In this document: piece after piece, positions 56,189 to 64,000 of the stretch | How the letters are laid out: the number at the start of each line of letters is the position of its first letter | Numbering within the stretch: position 1 is the stretch's first letter | Assembly (NCBI GenBank): GCA_963770895.1 | Contig: CAVYRF010000002.1 | Span: 2,240,001-2,304,000 of the forward strand | Direction of reading: 5' to 3' | DNA length: 64,000 bases | From: an uncultured Acidobacteriota bacterium | GTDB taxonomy: Bacteria; Acidobacteriota; Thermoanaerobaculia; Multivoradales; UBA5704 | Position numbers and translations under genes: made by a program | Notes under the pieces: generated by a model | Told to the model about the DNA's origin: nothing | Database searches by the model: none | The model's input: the letters and a program-made list of their open reading frames with translations, nothing else

Positions 56189-57346
56189 ATGCAGAAAAAA
56201 ATCCGTCTTCTTTTCCTCAGCCTGCTGGTCGTCGCGGGGATCGCGGCGCTGGCCCAAGGCGCCGGCGGTGCTGGCGGGGCCGGAGCGGCTGGATCGGCCG
56301 GATCGAGCGCCGGCGCCGGCGCGACGGGCACCGGGACAGCGGGAACCACGGCCACCGGTACCACAGGAATCACGAACGGCAGCACATCCGGCACGACAAG
56401 CACGACAAACGGCACCGGCACGACCGATGGGACGGCGACCGGGACCGGCATGAACGACAGCACCGGTAGCGCCACGACGCAGACCGGGACCGGCTCGACC
56501 GATGCCAACGGCGTGGCGACCGGCAGCTCCACCACCGGCACGACCCCGACCAACAACGCTACCGGCACGGCCAACGGCAACGGCACCTCGACCTACTCGA
56601 ACGACGGCACGACGCCCACCAACGGTACGGGTTCGGTCGGTTCGGCCAACGCCAATGGCACCATGACCTACTCCAACGACGGCACGGCGCCCACCAACAA
56701 CGGCACCATGACCAACCCCAATCCCGCGGGCGGCGGCGCTGCCGGCAGCGGCACCGTCAACGGCACCATGGGCACCACGGCGACCGATGGCACGGCCACC
56801 GGCACCGGCACGACCGGCACCTACAGCACCGGCTCGACCGTCAACGGTACCGCCACCACGACCGGCGGCGGCCTGGCCGGCAGCGGCGCCACCAACGGCA
56901 CGACGGACGGTACGGCGACCGGCACCGGCACGACCACCGGTACCTACGGCACCAATAACACCGGCGGCAACATCGGCAGCGGCTCCATGAACACCAACCC
57001 CGCCGGCGGCGGCGGTACCGGCACCACCACCGACGGTGGCGCGGCCGGGACGACCAACTACAACGCCAACACCGGCACCTATGGCGCCACCGGCACGACC
57101 GGCACCAACAGCGGCGTCGCCGCGGGCACCGGCACCACCGACGGCACGGTGAACAACCCGGCGGGCGGCGGCGGCTCGATCGACACCAGCACGACCGGCA
57201 ACACCGGCAGCGTCAACGGCACCGACCCCGGCGCGCTGCCGCGCACGGCGAGCAATATGCCGCTGCTTGGCCTGTTGGGCCTGCTGGCGGTGAGCGCTGC
57301 CTTCCTGCTGCGCGTCTATGCGCGGCGCGATGCCGTCAGGGCCTGA
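56189..57346 (+). CDS. Secreted Gly/Thr/Asn-rich protein with LPRTA sortase sorting signal
   Basis: GAGGAG RBS; signal peptide MQKKIRLLFLSLLVVAGIAALA; C-terminal LPRTAS + TM (LLGLLGLLAVSAAFLL) + basic tail (RVYARR). Confidence 0.88.
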   Translation: MQKKIRLLFLSLLVVAGIAALAQGAGGAGGAGAAGSAGSSAGAGATGTGTAGTTATGTTGITNGSTSGTTSTTNGTGTTDGTATGTGMNDSTGSATTQTGTGSTDANGVATGSSTTGTTPTNNATGTANGNGTSTYSNDGTTPTNGTGSVGSANANGTMTYSNDGTAPTNNGTMTNPNPAGGGAAGSGTVNGTMGTTATDGTATGTGTTGTYSTGSTVNGTATTTGGGLAGSGATNGTTDGTATGTGTTTGTYGTNNTGGNIGSGSMNTNPAGGGGTGTTTDGGAAGTTNYNANTGTYGATGTTGTNSGVAAGTGTTDGTVNNPAGGGGSIDTSTTGNTGSVNGTDPGALPRTASNMPLLGLLGLLAVSAAFLLRVYARRDAVRA

Positions 57347-57358
57347 GGCCTGACGCCC

Positions 57359-58336
57359 TTGCAGCTCTCGGCGAAAATCGCGAGCTGGCGCCGGACGATC
57401 CGGCGCCAGTTTGCGTTTGAGCGGCCGGACGGCGGCGATGGGCCGCGCCCGCCGGCCGGCTCCGGCATGGCCCGGTACGTGGAGAGCGCTCTGGTGCAGC
57501 TACAAGCCCTGAAGACATGGCTTCTCGCGCGGGTCCAACGGGTCCAAGGCGCGGCGGCAGGGGATCGCCAGGCGAACGCCCTGCGCTGGGCGGAGCGGTC
57601 GCTGTGGGCGATCGGCGCGCTCTGCCTGGGCGTGGTCGCCTACGCGATGATCGACGCGCGCTGGTTTTCGTACGTGCAGAGCCGGCGCCTGGACCAGGCG
57701 CTGGCGGCGCGGCAGGCCGCCGGACCGGGGGCCGATGGCGCGCCTGGAGCCGATGGGGCATCCGCCGGCGCCGGCAGCGCTGCGGCCGCGGCAGGGCCGG
57801 CTACCAACGGTGAGGCGGCGCCAGCCAGCGGCGCCGACAACCTGAGCGGCTTCCTGCCCACCACGCCGCCGCCCCTGGCGCCGCAGGAGCCGGACGAAGG
57901 CTCTCTCATCGGCCGCATCCAGGTGCCGCGCCTGGGTCTGTCGGAGCTGGTGCTGCAGGGCGTTTCGACGACCACCCTGCGCCGCGGCGTGGGGCACATC
58001 CCCGAAACCGCGCTGCCCGGCGGCCAGAGCGGCAACGTCGGTCTGGCGGGACACCGCGATACCGTGTTCACGCAGCTCAAGGGCATCCGCAAGGACGACG
58101 TGATCAGCCTGGAGACGATGTATGGCACGTCCCGCTACGCGGTGGACTGGACCCGCATCGTGCAGCCTCAGGAAGTGGCCGTGCTGGCGCCCGATCCCGG
58201 CCATGCCGAGCTGACGCTGGTCACCTGCTATCCCTTCCATTACATCGGCTCGGCGCCGCAGCGCTTCATCGTGCGCGCCCATCGCCTGGACGGCGACGCC
58301 CTGGCGGCGAGTGGCCTGTATCAGAGGAATCGGTAG
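57359..58336 (+). CDS. Sortase, class D-like
   Basis: TM anchor; catalytic His 'LAGHRDT', Cys 'TLVTCYPF', Arg 'QRFIVRA'; start may be ATG 57467. Confidence 0.93.
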   Translation: MQLSAKIASWRRTIRRQFAFERPDGGDGPRPPAGSGMARYVESALVQLQALKTWLLARVQRVQGAAAGDRQANALRWAERSLWAIGALCLGVVAYAMIDARWFSYVQSRRLDQALAARQAAGPGADGAPGADGASAGAGSAAAAAGPATNGEAAPASGADNLSGFLPTTPPPLAPQEPDEGSLIGRIQVPRLGLSELVLQGVSTTTLRRGVGHIPETALPGGQSGNVGLAGHRDTVFTQLKGIRKDDVISLETMYGTSRYAVDWTRIVQPQEVAVLAPDPGHAELTLVTCYPFHYIGSAPQRFIVRAHRLDGDALAASGLYQRNR

Positions 58337-58478
58337 TGGCTGGCGCCGCCATTCGGCGGCGCGGGCCAGGCGCGCCGACGCAGGCATAGTCGAACCTATG
58401 TCGAGGAGGCGCAACGCAGCCCCCGCCGTCGAGGGCAAGCCAGGCGCTAGCGATTCCTCTGATACAGGCCACTACTAG
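58310..58478. mobile_element. Palindromic non-coding element (MITE/REP-like), 23-bp perfect terminal inverted repeat
   Basis: agtggcctgtatcagaggaatcg (58310-58332) is the reverse complement of cgattcctctgatacaggccact (58451-58473); ends ...CTAG; partial copies at 27324 and 27486. Confidence 0.7.
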
Positions 58479-58578
58479 TCAGCAGACCCAGCCCTGAACC
58501 GCCCCGCCCCGGCAGTGGGCGCCGCGTCGGCTTGCGGCGGCGGGTCCGGCGGTGACCTGGTGGTGCCTTGTGTTCCAG

Positions 58579-61185
58579 CTAGCCGGTGGTGGCGCTGGAT
58601 GTGGCCGCGGCGGCGGTGCTGGACGTTGCGCTGACGCCGGCGGCGGCCGGGGGGAGGCCTTCGGGCGCCAGGGGCAGCCAGATCACGAACTCGCTGCCGC
58701 TCCCCGGGCCGTCGCTGTGCACGGCGACGCCGCCGCCGTGCAGCTCGACCAGGCTGCGCACCAGGGTGAGGCCGATGCCCAGACCGCCGACCGAGCGGTC
58801 GAGGCCCTGCTGGCCCTGGGCGAAGAGGTCGAACACCCGCGGCAGCAGCTCGCCCGAGATCCCCACGCCGCTGTCGCGCACGCGCACCACGGCGCGGTCG
58901 GCCTGCACCTCGGCCGTCAGGTCGACCCGGCCTCCCGGCTCGGTGAACTTGATGGCGTTGTGCACCAGGTTGGCCAGGACCTGCTCGATGCGGGTGGAGT
59001 CCGCCACCACCGGCGCCGGGCCGGGCACCGAGACGCCCAGCTCGATGTGGCGGGTGTCGGCCAACGGGCGCGTCGTTTCCGCCACCTGCGCGATGACGTC
59101 GCCCAGGTCGAGCGGCGCGGTCTTCAGCTCCACCTTGCCCAGGGTGATGCGCGAGACGTCGAGCAGGTCGTCCACCAGCCGCCCCAGGTGACGGGTCTGG
59201 CGCTGAATCGTCGCCACCGATCGCCCGGCCGCCGCTTCGCTCGACCTGCCGGTGGCGAGGATGTACGCCGCGGTCGAGATGGCGCCGAGCGGGTTGCGCA
59301 GCTCGTGCGCCAGCATGGCTAGAAACTCGTCCTTGCGCCGGTCGGTTTCCGCCAGCGTGCGGGCACGGGTGAGCAGCTCGGCGGCCAGGCGTTCGCTTTC
59401 GGCGGTGCGGGTCGCCAGGCGGTCGCGCAGCTCGTGGAAGGCCGCCGACAGCCGCTTCACCTCGCCGATGTCGCTGCGTTCGAGCGGCGCCCAGGGATTG
59501 CCGGCGGTCAGCTCGTCCACCGCATCGGCCAGCGTGTCGAGCGGCCTGGTGATGCGGCGGGCGCTCAGGATGCCGCCGGCGATCGCCAGCGGCAGCACCA
59601 GCAGCAGCAGGGCGAACGCCAGGTCGCGCCCGCGGTTGACGCCGGCCAGGGCCGAATCGCTGGCGCGCTCGACCGCCACCATCCAGGGCAGGCCGGGGAC
59701 CCGCTCGACCGCCAGCAACCGGTCGTCACGGCTGGGCGGCGCGCCCACCTGCCGCCCCGGCGGCCGGCCCGCCGGCGCCGACCCGTCGCCGGACCAGGGA
59801 TCCCCCGCCGGCGCCCCCCCGTCGCTGCGCATGGCGATGTGGATGCCGCTGCCGTCGGTCAACGAGACGGTGGAGCCTTCCCGCAGGATGCGCCCTTCGA
59901 GCAGGCGCGCGTCGAACGCCATCACCAGGGCGGCGGCCAGGCGCCCGCCGTCCGCCAGCACCGGCGCCACCTCCAGCAGCAGCAGCCGGTTGCTGACCCG
60001 ATCGATCGCCAGCTGGACGGCGATCTTTTGCGGGTTGGCCAGGGCGGCCAGCGAGCGCAGGGTATTGCTGCCCAGCGTGGCGCCGCCGTCCGTGGCGATG
60101 GGCTGCCCGGACAGGTCGAGCAGCAGCAGGCCGCTGACTTCGCGATAGGAGCCGCTGCTGGTCGCCAGAAGCGGGCCTTGCGCCTGGGCGGTCAGCGGCA
60201 GGCGGCTGGCCAGGGCGGCGACGGCAAAGGCGCGGGTGCCGTTCAGATCCAGATAGTCGCGCACGTTTTGCGCCACCGACCGGGCCTCGACCTTGAGCGT
60301 GTCCGTCGCCTGGTCGCTGGCCAGGCTGGCTTCCTGGGCGGTCGACACCGCGACGGCGGCCACCAGCGCCAGCGACGTGGCGACCGCCAGGGCCAGCGCC
60401 AGCCGGGCGCGCAGCGCCGACAGGTCGATGCCGGTGGACCATTCGCGCAGCCAGGGGAGCATGGCGACGGCGGTGCCGATACCCCAATAGAAGGCGATGC
60501 CGGTCCAGCTCACGCGCGGGTTGACCGCGGCGACGCCGCGCACGATCAGGGCGGCGCCGGCGGCCAGGTGCACGGCGCGGGTGAGGCGCCACGAGGCGGG
60601 TCGCAGCTGGACGTAGCAGAGGGCCGGCCCGCTCAGCAGCAGGGCCAGGCCGGCCAGCTCGACAAAGCCGGGATGGGTACCGCCGAACAGCTGGTAGCGC
60701 AACCGGCCCGGAACCAGCAGCTGCACGGCGCCGAGCAGGGTGGCGATGGCGCCCATCACCAGCGCCAGCAGGTCGCCGCCGCGGTGCGCCCGCGCCCCGG
60801 CCGCCATCAGGATGCCGACGCCCAGCGCCGCGTAGGAGATCGTGCCGTTCCAGCCGCCGCTGCGCGACAGGCCGAGCGAAAGGGTGAGCAGCACCAGGCC
60901 GGCCAGGCCGTGTGCCGCCAGGTGCAGGGCGCGCCGCACGCGCAGCACCGCCACGAACAGCAGGGCGACCCCGGCGGCCAGCGCCACGATCGCCCAGGCG
61001 GTCATATACCCGCGCACCGGCGCGAAGGTCGGCCCGGAGAACTGGTCCGGCGCCACCAGCATGAAGGCGCCGATGAAGGCGCAGTAGAGCGCTACGGCCC
61101 AGCGCAAGCTGGTGCCCGAGAGCGCCAGCGGGCCGCCGTTGCCGTCACGGAGTCGCTGCTGCTGTGAGGGTTGCAAGGCGTGCAT
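58579..61185 (-). CDS. Membrane sensor histidine kinase (multi-TM + Cache-like + HAMP + HisKA/HATPase)
   Basis: 'DEFLAMLAHELRNPL', 'QVLANLVHNAIKFT', 'DSGVGI', 'GLGIGL'; HAMP 'ITRPLDTLADAVDEL'; start uncertain. Confidence 0.92.
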   Translation of the reverse strand: MHALQPSQQQRLRDGNGGPLALSGTSLRWAVALYCAFIGAFMLVAPDQFSGPTFAPVRGYMTAWAIVALAAGVALLFVAVLRVRRALHLAAHGLAGLVLLTLSLGLSRSGGWNGTISYAALGVGILMAAGARAHRGGDLLALVMGAIATLLGAVQLLVPGRLRYQLFGGTHPGFVELAGLALLLSGPALCYVQLRPASWRLTRAVHLAAGAALIVRGVAAVNPRVSWTGIAFYWGIGTAVAMLPWLREWSTGIDLSALRARLALALAVATSLALVAAVAVSTAQEASLASDQATDTLKVEARSVAQNVRDYLDLNGTRAFAVAALASRLPLTAQAQGPLLATSSGSYREVSGLLLLDLSGQPIATDGGATLGSNTLRSLAALANPQKIAVQLAIDRVSNRLLLLEVAPVLADGGRLAAALVMAFDARLLEGRILREGSTVSLTDGSGIHIAMRSDGGAPAGDPWSGDGSAPAGRPPGRQVGAPPSRDDRLLAVERVPGLPWMVAVERASDSALAGVNRGRDLAFALLLLVLPLAIAGGILSARRITRPLDTLADAVDELTAGNPWAPLERSDIGEVKRLSAAFHELRDRLATRTAESERLAAELLTRARTLAETDRRKDEFLAMLAHELRNPLGAISTAAYILATGRSSEAAAGRSVATIQRQTRHLGRLVDDLLDVSRITLGKVELKTAPLDLGDVIAQVAETTRPLADTRHIELGVSVPGPAPVVADSTRIEQVLANLVHNAIKFTEPGGRVDLTAEVQADRAVVRVRDSGVGISGELLPRVFDLFAQGQQGLDRSVGGLGIGLTLVRSLVELHGGGVAVHSDGPGSGSEFVIWLPLAPEGLPPAAAGVSATSSTAAAATSSATTG

Positions 61186-61372
61186 GGTACGCGCAAGGCA
61201 GCGGACCGCGCTCCCGGTGCAGCCGCTCCCCAGATAAGAATACCGGATATGCAACCTGGAGCGGCCGGCCGCGTTATATTGACCCAGAGGAACGACCCCT
61301 TCAGAACCGTTGTGTCCACCACGCGTCCCCGGCCGTGAGGCCGACTCGGCCGGGACCGGCAAGGAGAGACCC

Positions 61373-63760
61373 ATGCCCGCACCCTTGAACCGCCGCTCTG
61401 ATCGCCGCCGTCGTTCGCCGGGCTCGCCGGGCGCACCGGGCGCGCCGGGGGCTACCGCACGGCTCGCGCCGCTCGCCCTGGCCGTCGTGCTGGGCGCTTC
61501 GCTCGCCGGCGCCGCCGCCCAGGCGCCGCCGCCGGCGTCCGCACCCCTGCTCGGCTTCACCGCGGCCCATGCCGTGGCGGAGCGTTCCCTGGAAGCGCGC
61601 TTCGACGCTTCGCTGCGCAAGGAAGACATGGGGCCCTGGCTCAAGCGGCTGTCGGCGCGGCCGCATCACCTCGGATCGCCGTACGACAAGGACAACGCGG
61701 AGTGGCTGGCCGGCATGTTCCGTTCGTGGGGCTACGACACGCACATCGAGGAGTTCCGGGTGCTGTTCCCGACTCCCAAGGAGCGGGTGCTGGAGATGGT
61801 CCAGCCCACCCGGTTCGTCGCCGCGCTGCGCGAGCCGCCGCTGGCCGCCGATTCGACGTCCGGCCAGACCGCCGAGCAGCTGCCGCCGTTCAATGCGTAC
61901 TCGATCGACGGCGACGTCACCGCCGACCTGGTGTACGTCAACTTCGGCGTGCCCAAGGACTACGAAGAGCTCGAGCGGCGCGGCATCGACGTCAAGGGCA
62001 AGATCGTCATCGCGCGGTATTACGGTTCGTGGCGCGGCATCAAACCGAAGGTGGCGGCCGAGCACGGCGCCATCGGTTGCATCATCTATTCCGATCCGCA
62101 CGAAGACGGCTACTTCCAGGGCGACGTCTATCCCAAGGGCGGGCTGCGCAACGAAAACAGCGTGCAGCGCGGCTCGGTCGCCGACATGCCGGTCTATCCG
62201 GGCGATCCGCTGACTCCCGGCGTCGGCGCCACCGCCGATGCCAAGCGGCTGGACATCAAGGACGCCAAGACCATCACCAAGATCCCGGTGCTGCCGATCT
62301 CCTACGGCGACGCCCAGCCGCTGCTGCGCGCGCTGGCCGGCCCGATGGCTCCCGCCGCGTGGCGCGGCGCGCTGCCGTTCCCGTATCACCTGGGACCCGG
62401 CCCGACGCGGGTGCATCTCAAGCTGGTGTTCGACTGGCGCCTGGTGCCGGCGTACGACGTGATCGCCCGCATGGCCGGCAGCGACTACCCGAACGAGTGG
62501 GTCATCCGCGGCAACCACCAGGACGGTTGGGTCAACGGCGCCACCGACCCGCTGTCCGGCCTGGTTTCGGAGCTGGAAGAAGCGCGGGCCGTCGCGGACC
62601 TGGTCAAGGGCGGCTGGCACCCGCGCCGCACCCTGATCTATTGCGCCTGGGACGGCGAAGAAGAAGGGCTGCTGGGCTCGACCGAATGGGCGGAGACGCA
62701 CGCCGACGAGCTGCAACGGAAGGCGGTGATCTATATCAATTCCGACACCAACGAGCGCGGCTACCTGGAGGCCGGCGGCTCGCACTCGCTGGAAAAGCTG
62801 ATGGGTCAGGTGGCCCGCGACGTGATCGACCCGGAGACGCACCTCAGCCTGGCCGAGCGGCGGCGGGCGGCCGAATGGGTGACCGGCGGCGCTCCCGAAC
62901 ACAAATTGGCCAAGAGCGGCGAGATGCGCATCTCAGCCCTGGGCTCGGGCTCCGACTACAGCCCGTTCCTGCAGCACCTGGGCATCGCATCGCTCAACCT
63001 GGGCTTCGGCGGCGAGGGCCAGTACGGGCAATACCACTCGATTTACGACTCCTACGATCACTTCATGCGCTTCATGGATCCCACCCTGCAATACGGCGTG
63101 GCGCTCGCTTCGACGGCGGGCAGGGTGGTGCTGCGGATGGCCGGCGCCGACGTGCTGCCGTACGATTTCCAGCACCTCTCCGACACCGTCGGCCGCTACA
63201 TCAAGGAAGTTTCGGAGCTGGCGGACACGCAGCGTGAAGAGACGGCCGACCGCAACCAGGCCATCGAAAAGAAGTACTACGAGGCGAGCGTCGATCCGAC
63301 CGAGAAGTGGGTGACGCCCAAGCCGCAGGACCCGGTGCCGCACTTCAACTTTGCGCCGCTCGAAAACGCCCGCGACCGCCTGCAGCAGAGCGCGCAGGCC
63401 TACCAGGCGGCGCTGGAGCAGGCCGGTCCGGGGGCCGCGGGACTTTCCAGCGACGCCCATGGCCAGCTCGACCAGGTGCTGCTCAAGAGCGAGCGGGCCC
63501 TGCTGGGCGGCGGGCTGCCGCGCCGCCCGTGGTACATGCACCAGATCTACGCGCCGGGCTTTTACACCGGCTACGGCGTCAAGACCCTGCCCGGCGTCCG
63601 CGAAGGCATCGAAGAGCGCCACTGGCAGGAGGTCGACGAGCAGGTGAACGCCACCGCCAAGGCGCTCGACGCCCTGGCCGCCGACGTCGACAACGCCACG
63701 GCAATCCTCAAGTCCGCCGCCGCCCCCGCCGCCGGCGCATCCGCGACCCCGGCGCCCTAA
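61373..63760 (+). CDS. M28 family peptidase (glutamate carboxypeptidase II / TfR-like dimerisation domain)
   Basis: PA domain 'DVKGKIVIARY', 'GNHQDGWVNGATDPLSG', 'WDGEEEGLLGSTEW', 'GSGSDY', 'GYGVKTLPG'; AAGGAG RBS. Confidence 0.95.
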   Translation: MPAPLNRRSDRRRRSPGSPGAPGAPGATARLAPLALAVVLGASLAGAAAQAPPPASAPLLGFTAAHAVAERSLEARFDASLRKEDMGPWLKRLSARPHHLGSPYDKDNAEWLAGMFRSWGYDTHIEEFRVLFPTPKERVLEMVQPTRFVAALREPPLAADSTSGQTAEQLPPFNAYSIDGDVTADLVYVNFGVPKDYEELERRGIDVKGKIVIARYYGSWRGIKPKVAAEHGAIGCIIYSDPHEDGYFQGDVYPKGGLRNENSVQRGSVADMPVYPGDPLTPGVGATADAKRLDIKDAKTITKIPVLPISYGDAQPLLRALAGPMAPAAWRGALPFPYHLGPGPTRVHLKLVFDWRLVPAYDVIARMAGSDYPNEWVIRGNHQDGWVNGATDPLSGLVSELEEARAVADLVKGGWHPRRTLIYCAWDGEEEGLLGSTEWAETHADELQRKAVIYINSDTNERGYLEAGGSHSLEKLMGQVARDVIDPETHLSLAERRRAAEWVTGGAPEHKLAKSGEMRISALGSGSDYSPFLQHLGIASLNLGFGGEGQYGQYHSIYDSYDHFMRFMDPTLQYGVALASTAGRVVLRMAGADVLPYDFQHLSDTVGRYIKEVSELADTQREETADRNQAIEKKYYEASVDPTEKWVTPKPQDPVPHFNFAPLENARDRLQQSAQAYQAALEQAGPGAAGLSSDAHGQLDQVLLKSERALLGGGLPRRPWYMHQIYAPGFYTGYGVKTLPGVREGIEERHWQEVDEQVNATAKALDALAADVDNATAILKSAAAPAAGASATPAP

Positions 63761-63908
63761 GCCCGCCCGGCGCTGCCGCGACCGGCGACCCGCCGCCCGC
63801 CGCCGCCAACCTGCCCATCCGCCGATCCATGGCGGACGGTCGGTCGGCGGGCGGGTTGGCATGCCGAGCGCTTCCGGCCGGCGGCGGGGCAGGCGGTGCG
63901 GCGCTGAT

Positions 63909-64000
63909 CTACGGGGCGGCGCCGACCTCGACGTCGAAGACGCCGGTGAGGATCTGGCCGCCGCTTTGGACCTGGATCCACAGGCGGTAGCGGCCGGGGT
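63909..64000 (-). CDS. C-terminus of a hypothetical protein running off the window
   Basis: Reads ...PGRYRLWIQVQSGGQILTGVFDVEVGAAP* with GC-typical codons. Confidence 0.6.
   Translation of the reverse strand, partial: PGRYRLWIQVQSGGQILTGVFDVEVGAAP

Noticed and set aside
56255-57235. InaZ-type ice nucleation protein
   Set aside because: No regular 8/16-residue AGYGST periodicity; the repeats are irregular.

Overview
A very GC-rich (about 70% by eye) chromosomal segment of a diderm bacterium. The TonB-dependent receptor implies an outer membrane. The protein repertoire (second Hfq-like protein, LPxTA/sortase pair, M1 and M28 peptidase types) looks like Acidobacteriota, possibly Thermoanaerobaculia-like; this is inference, not a database result. 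In order: a btuB-like receptor with a Dph6/MJ0570-like ATPase, FAH and HAD hydrolases, an Rrf2 regulator directly ahead of a complete F1Fo ATP synthase operon (atpZ/I-I-B-E-F-H-A-G-D-C, Planctomycetota-like features, ~65-aa AtpA insertion), TPR/RDD genes, ftcD, mpl, DUF1573, rph, a DUF4331-DUF4198-ECF sigma-RskA module, pta, purD, ricT-hfq-like-pdxA, a surface glycosylation locus (WcaJ-like, GT4, three GT2, GT-C-like membrane proteins), serS overlapping tRNA-Ser(TGA), an M1 peptidase, a YfhO-like protein, srkA, an OFA-type MFS transporter with small subunit, ettA, a Gly/Thr-rich LPRTA protein with a class D-like sortase, an orphan histidine kinase and an M28 peptidase. No CRISPR array, prophage or transposase was seen. 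Most interesting: (1) the serS stop codon lies inside its cognate tRNA gene; (2) a sortase with a dedicated substrate in a diderm; (3) a ~165-bp palindromic MITE/REP-like element, with fragments repeated 31 kb away, that supplies the sortase stop codon; (4) the ricT-Hfq-like pair; (5) the SigK-like module with a split zinc motif; (6) the atypical ATP synthase operon.
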